From NCBI RefSeq assembly GCF_006345805.1, contig NC_043014.1, positions 1,674,001 to 1,738,000 on the forward strand: a DNA stretch of 64,000 nucleotides, in the 5' to 3' direction. Positions 36,140-48,952 of this stretch are shown one piece after another; position 1 is the stretch's first letter, and each line of letters opens with the position of its first letter. The position numbers and the translations under genes were made by a program. Below the pieces are notes generated by a model. That model made no database searches and was not told the DNA's origin. It worked only from the letters and a program-made list of their open reading frames with translations. The stretch comes from Octopus sinensis (taxonomy: Eukaryota).

Positions 36140-37809
36140 ATGTGTGTGTGTGTGTGTCTGTGTTTGTCCCTTTAGCATTGCTTGACAACCGATGCTGGTG
36201 TGTTTATGTTCCCGTTACTTAGCGGTTCGGCAAAAGAGACCGATAGAATAAGTACTGGGCTTACAAAAGAATAAGTCCCAGGGTCGATTTGCTCGACTAA
36301 AGGCGGTGCTCTAGCATGGCCGCAGTCAAATGACTGAAACAAGTAAAAGAGTGTAAATGCAAAACTAATCAGACAATGAAATAAACATGAAGGGAGTGTG
36401 CATGTACGAGTGTTAAATATAAAAGATCTGATAGAATATGGAGTGTTGCTTCTGGGTGAACTCTTATATTCTGACCCCTGGATTTCTATACTTGCAAATA
36501 ACACTTGTTGCATCCCTTTGTCATCTTTATTTTTGGAGGTTCAGCATCCCAAGATAAACGTTTCCCCATTTCTGCCCTTGTCTTCCTCGGTTCTCCTACT
36601 GGTTCCTTTCCGCTAAGGTCGACCTTGCCTTTCATCCTCTTGGAGGGGGGGGGGCGATAAATAAAGTACCATTGAAAGACTGGGGGCCATTGTAATCGAC
36701 CAGTCCCCTTCCCCACCCCAAATTTCAGGTCTTATGCCTTCGGTAGAAAGGATTATTATTATTATTATGGCAGCAGGCTGGCAGAATCCTTAGCACGCTG
36801 AGCAAAATCCTTAGCAGCATTTCATCTGTCTATGTTCCCAGTTCAAATTCCGCCAAGGTCAACATTTCCTTTCATCCCTTCGGGGCCAATAAAACAAGTA
36901 CCAGTGAAACACTGGGGTCGATGTAACCGACTTAGCCCTCTTCCAGAATTTCTGGCGTTTTGCTAAAATTTGATATCATTATTATTATTACTACAAATAT
37001 CGTATAATATTAGTCATTAGGGCAAAGGGTTGACATAACCAAGTTATTATACCTTGTGGTGGTTGCATCCCTTTATATTCTCAGTTCAGATCCCACCAGG
37101 ATTGACAAAATTAAATTGTTATAGTCAAGTGTAATCAGTGCTGTTGTTAGAAATCATTAATATAGTAAAAGATAAAGTGGTATGTACTTTAAACCTTTCT
37201 AAATTGTGGGTTCACATCCCACAAGATAACTATGTACAAGGTATGGAATCCCTCAGCCATACTCCTTCCCCAAAAATCTGAGTTTCAAAGAATATCATTG
37301 AAAATACCTAAAAATGGGTACTTCAGATACTTCGAATGCTTAGGGTCTTCACTTGTGGTCAGATAATGAAAATTGGCAATAGAGCAGAAAATAATGTTTG
37401 CTTTCTTCTTTGCACTGAAAGACATTCACACTTATTCTTTTATTTGTTTCAGTCATTTGACTGCAGCCATGCTGGAGCACCGCCTTTGGTCAAACAAATC
37501 GACCCCAGGACTTATTCTCTGTAAGCCTAGTACTTAACCTATCGGTCTCTTTTGCCGAACAACGATTGTCAAGTGATGGTGGGGTAACAAACACTGACAC
37601 ACAAACATATATATATGACGGGCTTCTTTCAGTTTCCGTCTACCAAAACCACTCACAAGGCTTTGGTAGGCCCATGGCTATAGTAGAAGGCACTTGCCCA
37701 AGTTGTCATGCAGTGGGACTGAACCCAGAACCATGTGGTTGGTAAGCAAGCTACTTACCACACAGCTACTCTTACATATACTTGTACTAAATGTGAGTGT
37801 GTGTGTGTA

Positions 37810-37855
<46 letters not shown>

Positions 37856-40800
37856 AATGTGCAAAATGCTTACTCTAAGTATATTTGTAGCATTCATTTT
37901 CTCTATATATTCCAGATATCAAAACGAAAATCTCGTGCCATATGTGCAATTAAAAATGATCAGAATAGTCTGTTAAAGCTGCTACGTTAATTTATCAACC
38001 AGCAGAGAAAGCAAATGAAGCTGTTAAACATCTTGTCGTTTTACTAATCATGGAGTGAATTTGTAATTCTCTACAATGGTCATCTCAATGTGACCCAAAC
38101 AGGTAAGCCACTGACAGGTGAGCTTCTGCAGTGTTTCAACTTTTCAAAACAATTTTTTTTTTTGTTACACCTGCATTCACACTTTGGAATTACAAAAGGG
38201 TTTCAATATTCTTTTTATGAAAAAGATTCTAGAGAGGAATTAATCCAGCAAATATGCCATGTGGTCATCTATGGTATACCTGTAACTGAAGCACAAACCT
38301 ACAAATTCTCAGTTTACGTTTACCAACAACAATACTATAAATATTCCTGACAGGAAGACATCAATATAGTCGCCTCTCTCTCACCTTTTGAACCAATGGA
38401 CTTGTACAACATCTTGTTCATCAACCAAAACATAAGCATCAATAAAAATGCATACATCATCCCATTGTGGACCAATAAGCTCCTCCAAAAACCGATGTTC
38501 TTGTACCATCACTAATCAGTGACCAGAGATAAATGCTATATTAACTGCTAAGACCAGATTCAACAACTTTAAAGCGGCGAGCTGGCAGAAATGTTAGCAC
38601 GCCGGGCGAAATGCTTAGCAGTATTTCGTCTGCTGTTATGTTCTGAGTTCAAATTCCACCGAGGTCGACTTTGCTTTTCATCCTTTCGGGGTCGATAAAT
38701 TAAGTACGAGTTATGCACTGGGGTCGATGTAATCAGCTTAATCCGTTTGTCTGTCCTTGTTTGTCCCCTCTGTGTTTAGCCCCTTGTGGGTAGTAAAGAA
38801 ATAGGTATTCAACAACTTACAATCTGAAGACGTTGGTAGCAGTTGTCAAGTATGCAACCCAACCCAGAGATACGGGGCCAATCAATGTAGCCCAGAGGTG
38901 CCGCACCAAGTACAGTGAGAGGATGAGTAGAGTTTCTAGCAATCATCATGGTATGGGTAGCCACAACAGTGATGGACATTAGACCAGGTATCAAGTATTT
39001 TATGTAAGAATAATGAATGGCAGATGGGGTATGGAGTATCAAGATACAACAGCAATGGACAGCTGACCAGCAAACAAGGACAGCAGACAGGCTATGATGT
39101 CCTCAATTTACATGCAGGTTTTACTGGCAACTCAGATATTGTCAGAGAACACACACACACACACACAGATACAATATCTATTCCTGTATATATGCACTTG
39201 ATGTTTACTGTACATCCCTAATTTTGGACAACAAAATCTTAGAAAATATTAGCAAAATTTTGCTGTATTCAGTCAAAATTAACCTTTGTGATATCCAATA
39301 TTGCAAACTTAAGAAATGTATGGAACATTTAATTTATCACTATCACAGGAAAGTGTAACCTCTTTATAATGATTTAAAATGTTTGTTACACATTGTTTTG
39401 CTTGGACAATAGATACAACATACGTCCCATCATACCATTTCAAATAATGGTTACACACTTGGAAGGCAAGTGGGCAGGAAAAAGTAATTAGCAGTTCTTA
39501 TGTATCAGACATCATCATCATCGTTTAACGTCCGTTTTCCATGCTAGTATGGGTTGGATGGTTTGACCGGGGTCTGGGAAGCCAGAAGGCTGCACCAGGC
39601 TCCAGTCTGATCTGGCAGTGTTTCTACAGCTGGATGCCCTTCCTAACGCCAACCACTCCCGTGAGTGTAGTGGGGGCTTTTTACGTATCACCAGCACAGA
39701 TGACATGTTCCTAAATATCTATTATACAGAAATAAATGTGGTATATATTTCCACATAATTACTCCACAAACTTGTAGAGTAATTACAAGTTCATTATTAA
39801 TAGTAATTGAGTATATTTATGGCATTCACTCTCAGCATACTTGTCATAATCCTCTTCTGTGTCTATTGTTCGTGTATTTTTTAATGTCAAAAATGAAACC
39901 TCGTGTCACACGTACAATTTATAATGGTCAGCATAGCTTAACACGGTCACAAGGATTTGATCAACCAGCAGAGACTATGAAGAAACCAATGTTAAATGCT
40001 GTTTTGTCTACCATGGACAGAATCTAGAATTGCCTACAACCTATTGGCAGCAACAGATTTCCACACGTGCTCAGTCAGATGTGACTAAAAGTGATTAAAA
40101 TAAATCCATGATGTGATTAAAGCTGACAGGACATATAGAGTATTAAAAAAAAAGCTTTAAAAAAACCACAGCCATTATTATAAATGAAATATAGAACATC
40201 AGTTTTGATATTTTTATACGGGAATAATTTTTAGTAATAACACATTGAAATTTCCAAGCCTAAAAGCCACATTAATACAAACTGTGTGTAGGGGTGGGGT
40301 GGGGGTCATTTGTAGTTACTGGAAGATAATACCTTCCTATTTTTCAAAACAAGATTGAAAATTCTTAAGACTTAATCTCCCAGCAAATCAGTCACAGATG
40401 TATACTGACCAATATACAACGCACACGTATAGAAACAACACTATGAAAGGCTAACACACACACGCACCCTGTAGCCAAATTGGAAACGTACAGGAGAAAA
40501 TGGTTAAACGCATCCACACTTTCTCACTCACACACACACACATACAATGTAGTTCACAGGTTTCAAAAAACAGTAACAGAAATTCATCTGGTTTAATGAG
40601 ATGAGGAATCCAATACTAATTCTCCTATGCTGCTTCCAGCCTGAAGCTTCCATAGAACATAAATGTAAACCAAACACAAGGTTTCTTTCAGTTCCCATCT
40701 ACCAAATTCACTCAAGATTTTGGTCAGCCTGGGGATATAGCAGAAGTCACTTGCCCAATGAGTCACACACAAGGATTGAACCCAAAACCACATGCCTGGA

Positions 40801-43800
40801 AAGCAAATTTCTAAACCCCACCAGCTGAAGCTTGTTGCTGAAGAAACGAAAAACTTTGGTTTCAAATTTTGACACAAGGCCAGCAATTTCAAGGGTGAGG
40901 GTGGCTAGTTGATTACATCGATCCCAGTGCGTAACTGGTACTGATTTTATTGATGCCGAAAGGCTGAGAGGCAAAGCTGACCTCAGCAGAATTTGAATGA
41001 GAAGAAAAATATTACCAAGACAACACTGGCAGACAGTGACTTCAAATGCAGTCACTGCAGCCAAGACTGTCGCTTCCGTAAGGACATGTTACAGACTATT
41101 TGTGTATACAGAACCGCAAACAAACAAAAATGCTTCTCCTCAGTCGGTCAACCCTCCTAAGTTGTCAAATCACAAATTACACCCTATAGCCTAATATAAA
41201 AAAAAAATAACATATTAGATAATGTAGCTTGGTGAATAATAATAAATAATAAAAAAAAAGAAACTTTCAACAGTCGCTCATTGAAGACTGACTTGGAACT
41301 AAACAATAATACTTTTATACAAGAGAGAATGAAATGCATTATTTCAGACTAGCAGTATCGCCCGGCGTTGCTTGGGTTTGTAAGGGAAATAACTATAGAA
41401 GCATTTTTAGAGAGTTATAGCCAAAAAATAGCAAAAAAATGCATTAAGAATGGAAAAAAATGATGGTAAATTTTTTTTTAAATCGTTGACTCATCGTAGA
41501 CATTTTTAGAGAGTTACTTCCCTTATATAATAGCGAAAAAATGCATTAAAATGGAAAAAAATTATGGTAAATTTTTTTTTAAATCGTAGACTCATCATAG
41601 ATGCGTGCTAATACCCAGAAGGGCTCGATATGAATCACGACTATAAGATACCCGGTTTTGGTTAAACTGCACCGCAAAATGTGGGAGTAGTTAGGAATCT
41701 AAATCGTAGGAGACAGACAGCACAACCTTACTTTTATATATAAAGATAAGGTAAGCTCATGTCCTCTGGAAAGGAAGAAATGTCAAAATTTTTTCATTGA
41801 TTGATGTAAGTTGAAGAAGATTTATAAAGAGGAGAGTAATGGGTAATGATTGATATCAATTAAGTTCCGTTTCTTGTATAAACAATTGTTAGTGGGGTGG
41901 TTGGGTAGATCTACCCAACCTACCATCCACAGAATACACAAAGTGCCTTTGCTGTTAGAGGGATAGATCTAAGCCAATAAAATTGTCTCCGATGTTTGTG
42001 GGGTAGATCTAAACCAATACAAAGTCTATGTTAGAGGGGTGGATTCCGACACAAACCATCCCAAATGTTAGGAGTACTCTAACCAACAGAAATATCCAAT
42101 TACTGCTGGTAATAAATGGATTAGGAAAACAAAGAACTATAATGACATTTCACAGACAAGCATCACATGACTGTTAGCTGTCTGATTCTACATTATTATT
42201 ATTATTATTATCCATGACATATTTCCAACGAAACCCACAACTTGAAGATGTGTAGAAGGCAGAGATGAGGAGGAGAAAGAAAGAGACAAAGCTTTGTGCA
42301 GCAGGTTCAAATCTGGATGCAAAACTGACAAGACGAACTGAGAGGAACCGATGATATGGTGCTGATGTAAAAGACTACAGCAAAAGAAAATGTGAAGCTG
42401 TTTTTCTTTCTTCTTCCCAAGTTGGAAACATCCTTCCGTCTTCTGCATTCGTTGTTTCACCTCTTCTTCCAAATTTATCTCGCAATTTTACAACAGGAAT
42501 TGAACCCACAGCACAAATAGTCGTTCCCCTTTTGTAAACAGAAACAACATAAGATTGAAAAAAATCATTTAGTCTCACCAATCATCATCATCATCATTTA
42601 GCGTCCGCTTTCCATGCTAGCATGGGTTAGACGGTTCGACCGGGGTCTGGAAAGCCAGGAGGCTGCACCAGACTCCAGTCTTATCTGGCAGTGTTTCCAC
42701 AGCTGGATGCCCTTCCTAACGCCAACCACTCCGTGAGTGTAGTGGGTGCTTTTTATGTGTCACCGACACAGGTGCCAGACGAGGCTGGCGAACGGCCACA
42801 CTCGGATGCTGTTTGTTACGTGCCCACAGCACGGAGGCCAGTCGATGCGGTACTGGCTACGGCCACGTTCGGATGGTTTTCTTATGTGCCACCGGCTTTG
42901 GTACCACAAAAATACAAATTCCATTGATGTTCATCGATTTTGATTTGATTTGATTTTCACTTGCCTCAACAGGTCTTCACAAGTAGAGTTATGTGTCCCA
43001 AGAAGGAAGGTATGCACAGGTGGACTGACTACGTCCCAGGTAGGGGCCATGACAAAACAAATTCTCTGGTGATGTTACCTTCTTCAAATACACCCAGAAC
43101 CCATCGTGAAGTGGGTGATGTTAGGAAAGGTATCCAGCCATTGAAACCACGATGAAAATGGAACATACAAGCAAGACACAACCTCAGCCCCATCTACGAG
43201 AGTATCTTTAAATAAGGACTACAATTGCATACGGTCCATGCTAGCATGGAAAATAGACAAACGATGATTTATAATCAGCCGTCAGATAAATTCATTTGTT
43301 TCTTTCCATTGTTGTTTCAATCAACAGGAAAAATATTTTTATCATAGTGTTTGTTTGTTTGTTTCTTTTGTTTTTCAACTATTCTTCTACAAATTCTAAT
43401 AATCATTAATATCGCTTTTTTTCTTAATTTTACCTCTTTTCAAACATATGATGTTGGAGCTCCAAACAAAAGGAAAGGAGCATTTCTGATTCCTGTTTCA
43501 CTTTCAATCAAGATTCCAATTCCCAAAACTGCCTGAAAGATTTTTGTGCAATGTATGGAAAAGGCACTATTACTGTTAGAACTGCAGAGAAATGGGGTCT
43601 TTTTCCGCTTCAAGGAGGGGAAATTCGACTTCACAAATCTCTGCATTCTAGCTGATGTGTTCATTTGAATAAGGACCAACTGAATGAATTCATCCATGAG
43701 GATCTGTGCCAATCCAGCAGGGAAGTGGTACTGGCAGGCCCAGCAGATAGGTTGCTTTCGTGGTACTGTTGCCTGTAACCATCACTCAATGGATAAGGTC

Positions 43801-46800
43801 CAAAAACTCAGTACATGGGTGCCACATGCTCTGAACAGAAGACAAGCTCCAACAATCTTCTATCACCACCAGTTTGCTTGCTTGACACCAAGGTGTGCTC
43901 ATGGATATAGAGATTCTTTTAGGGCAATGAAAAATGGTGCTTTTACATAAATATGAAGCTGAAGACAGAATGACAAAATCCTGACAAGTAAGTAATATCT
44001 TCGACTAAGCCAGAACTGCATTTGATGAGATTAGAAAGAGCTAATCTCTATGTATATAAACAGCAAAATGCCTGGCTGTGTGTGTGTGTGTCCTTTATAC
44101 AAATTCACAATTTTTCAGTTAGAGGGCTCACACTTTCTATGGTCATTCAAAACCGCCCAAGGGTGGTCGTGCACATCTTTACATTTTCCCAGTCACCCAG
44201 CAAAGCCATTAAAAAATCAATAGAAGTGACTTTTTTTGTGAATTTTCTATCCAAAACCCAATCAAAATGCGCGAAACTTGATACGTCAATTGAATGCCAG
44301 CTAGCTGTATGTGATTGGTCGGAGATTTGGACAGTATTAGCATGTATGTGCGCACGCACGCAGCTGTATATGCATGCACTAGCACTATAAAATGCTTGAA
44401 AACAACTATGTGGTCAGTGTAGAGTTTTATGTTCAGCAAATGCAGTCGGCCCAAGGAAGTGTTTCCAGCTGGAGCAACCCGACCAGCAACATGGCATTGC
44501 TTCTTCAATATAACAATGCTTGCGCCCACATTGCTAATTTGACCAAAAATGCAATTTAAGGGTTCCCTTAGAAAGTTCTACCACACCCAACTTATTCCTC
44601 TGATACAGCACCATCAGATTATCAACTGTTCTCAGTCACTGCAACAGTCTGCAAGGCATTTCATTCAACAATTATATGGAAGTGAAAATATGGCTCAAAT
44701 TCTTCAAGGCAAGATTTGGTGCATTGACAAGCTAATGGAACGTTGGCAAGAAGTTGTGAACTATGAAGGAGAATTATATTATTTCTTGATTTATTGAAAT
44801 TGTTGATGAGAAAAAAGGATTAAAATAAACAAACGAAAAAAAACCCAAATTTCTGACAACCCAATCTATTAATGAACAAATTTGATTGGCATCAGCAATT
44901 GGATAAGTGTAGACCATAGTATATCTCTAAGGAATTACAACCGTTGTTTCGTGGTCTGCTACCACAACAGCTCCTTTATAGGATTCAGTTAGCTCAAGAC
45001 ATCATCAGGAGGAACCACGTCTGGATTCGGCCCCCTACTCCTCTACCATTTTGACGTAGCGGGGCCCCACCTTTCGGAAGTGTCTTCAGCTCTGGTGTTG
45101 GGTGCATGTCTTCTTTCACAATGTTCTAACCTATTTATTTATGCTAAAGTCCCCTTTCATCTCCCCCAAACACAAAAAAACTTTCCCTCCTTTGTATTAT
45201 CCATTCACATGTCCATATATCTGTGTGGTTGTATCTGCAATATACACAAACCCAACAACTTTTCACTCCTCTTCTCTCACAACACACATCCAATAGATCA
45301 CTCTTTAATTCCTAATTGTCATAGGTTCCCTAAATTTATTATTGATATTTGTCATGCACTGTGACATTTCTTACAAACATCTCATACAGTTCACAGTTTG
45401 TACTAAGAAACTTTTTATCAACAGAGGGAGTCATTTATATCCTTTGTCACCTTTCAACTTAACCCTTAAAACAGACAAACACACACCAGTTTTATACAAA
45501 TCAAAATAAAGGACTTTTAAGTACCATTTCCAGGCATCTGTTTTTTTTTTCTAGCTCAGAAATGTAACAATGTCAAAGAGCAAAGCTATTGTAATCGTAG
45601 TTATCTCATATAAAATCCATTCTGTGTGTGTGTGTGTGTGTGTGGCTACTAGGATCTCGGGCATCCTCCATCCGATTGCGCTCAAATTTGATATGTAGAT
45701 ACCAACGGTATCAGGGTGTGTATAAGTCTTGAAAAAATTGCAAAAATCGATTCCAGGTGAGAATGTGATCGATAAAGTCGTGGGAAATCGTTTTTCTTTG
45801 GAATAGAAAAAAAAGTCTATCTTTATTTCCTCTTTTGCTGGTGTCTCAAATTTAGGTAAAAATCAGTGTTTCTCAAAGGGGCGGCCTATGGGACAGTCAA
45901 ACAAGTTGTTTTGAGAAAATTTTGTTTAAATGTTTGACAACTCAGCACCGTCCATTGGACGGGGGGGGGGTAGGAGGGTTGCTCGTGTGTATATATAGGT
46001 GAGATATGTGGGTGCCCTCATCCCTAGGGGCTGTACTTAGGGCAGGAGGTAAATACAGCAGTGCAAATTAAACAACTACTTGTCAACCACTTAATCATGA
46101 ATTATGTGATAAAATGGTACCCCTTGTACAGCTGGGAGCACTAAGCCATCAACAACTAAATGACTTGACCATTTTTATTTATTGGGTTGGTCAAGATAAA
46201 GGAACTGTGCCCATTGTCTCGGCAGGCTCTCTGATATCAGAAAGATGGATGCTGTTAATGTTGTTCTTGAACAGATGCAAGTGGTATTAGCTAAAACAAA
46301 ACCATTTGCAAAAAGGTAATTCCTGAGGTGAATGAAAGAAGTGGAGTAAATATTGTCTCCAGTTTAGGACTCCTAGAGCCAATTACCTGGTTTGCATACT
46401 ATACAGGTGACCGAGATTCCAACATTCTTTCTGAACGGATGCCAGCCTGTCATTGGGTTACTCATTTACACTTGAGTGGACTGGAGCAACATCTAGCTGT
46501 AGGAGCAGTATTCCATTATGGGCCTTACCTGATTTTTGTAAAGTTAATATTTTCTGGCTCTGAAGGCAGCAAGCTGACAATTGTCAGCACACCAGGTAAA
46601 AATGATTAGTGGCATGAAATCTAGCATATTCCAAGATGCTCCATCATTTTGAAGTTGTGTTGTTTATCTAAATGTAGGTGAGGTTTATTACCAAATTCTC
46701 TTGAACAACAAATTCAAGGACCGAAGCTCTCAGCAACCTTAAAGACCATTGCTTAGTATTTATTGCTATAGAGTTAGGTAGATGGAAGCTCAACTGGTCA

Positions 46801-48908
46801 AGAAGCAAAACTGGTCTGTACCAAGTTAATGTCAAATTTTTTCCTGCACATATTCAGAAGTACAAGTGATTACTTACAGAGAGGTAGAGAATGGAAGTGG
46901 TAGAGACAGACGATAACATTGATATAGGAATGGTAGTTTCATTGTACCATTAGAAAATCTCAAAAATATTTTGATGAGCAATAAAAAACAGAGTAAAAAG
47001 ACACTGAAGCTATGTAGAGTACACACACAATTTGTGTGTATAATCATCATTATCGTTTAACGTCCGCTTTCCATGCTAGCATGGGTTGGACAATTTTGAC
47101 TGAGGGCTGGGAAGCCAGATGGCTGTACCAGGTTCCAGTCTTGATCTGGTAGAGTTTCTACGGCTGGATGCCCTTCCTAACACCAACCACTCCGAGAGTG
47201 TAGTGGGTGCTTTTTACATTCCACCGGCACAGGGGCCAGTCAGGCGGAACTGGCAATGATCTCGCTTGAATCTTTTTACACATGCCACCGGCACAGGTGC
47301 CAGTAAGGCGACACTGGTAACGATCACGCTCGAATGGTGCCCTTTTATGTGCCACCGGCACGGAAGCCAGTTAGCCGCTCTGGCAACGATCACGCTCGGA
47401 TGGTGCTCTTGGTACCCTATTAGCACAGGCACAAGTGCCAGTAAGGTAACGCTGGTAACGATCACACTTGAATGGTGTCCTTATATGTGTCACTGGCACA
47501 GAAGCAGTCAGCTGCTCTGTCAACGATCACACTTGTATGTTGCTCTTTGCATCCCACTAGCACGGATGTCAGTCATCGAAAGATGTAGTGAACTTCTTAA
47601 TGTGTAATATGGACAGATACAGACCAATATTTGAAAGTTGTGTATTATGCTGTATATAACACAAGCATACTCAGGGTACAAACACACCAAAACACACATT
47701 AGCTGATACCTACATACATCTACCCCCATACAACAGACAACCCTCCACACACACACAAGCAGACACACCCACTGACCCACAAGTACACATGAATGAATCC
47801 ACCCACCACCTGCCCCTCACACACAGAAGTGCATTTACCCTCATGCACAGGCACGCCATATATACAAACACACACAAAAAAAAACGAACCAGGCAGACAT
47901 ATACATACATTCCTATACAAGCAGGCATACATCTGTCAACACAGACACACCCACGCTGATGCGTACACATGCATATATACACACACACAAACACAAGGCC
48001 CCAGATGCTATCACACACACAGATAAAGGATAAAGTGTGAATTACGATGTAAAAACTGGATATCAGTGGCGAGATAACATGTCTTTTCGAATGAGTACAC
48101 CAGATGAATCAGATACAGGAAATAAATTTAACAACATTAACTAAGGCACGACTTATTTTATACTAGGTTATACAAGGTTTTGCACAAACACACACACAAC
48201 GTTTAGATAAATTCTAAAGCTTTTTGAATCGTGACTACAAGTTTTACGTTTCGAATTATTAAATCGTTTGAACATGTGGAACCATGGAACTCGAGTAACG
48301 ATTCAAGAAGCTTCCGTTTTCACTTTAAAGTATAGACACTATACTCACATTCACCTGTCCATGCACATTATACGCACACGTATGTGTGTGTATATATATA
48401 TATATAGTGATTGAAAATAAAAAAATGGTCAAAATTAAAATCAGCTGCGTTTACACACGCTTATCCAAGGATTAACACATATATATATGTGTATATACAC
48501 ACACTCCAACCAACAAGGTATATATTCATTACATAATATATACGTATGCTCAATATTTACTTTTTTAAGAACGATTTCAATACACACAAGCACATATACA
48601 CACCTAAGTCTAGATATATATATATATATATATACACACTCACTCACACCAATGTCTAAATATATATACACACATATACACTTAAACCAATGTCCAAATA
48701 TATATATATATATACACATATACTCAAAGCAATGTCCAAATATATATATACACACAAACATATACACTCAAACCAATGTCCAAATATACACACACACACA
48801 CACACACACATATACAATCAAACCAATGTCCAAATATATATATACACACACACACACACTCAAACCAATGTCTAAATATTTATACACATATACACTCAAA
48901 CCAATGTC

Positions 48909-48952
<44 letters not shown>

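Noticed and set aside
44934-45010. Hammerhead-like CTGATGA...CGAAAC-AACGGTTGTA on the minus strand
   Set aside because: Stem I strands do not pair and stem II is disrupted.
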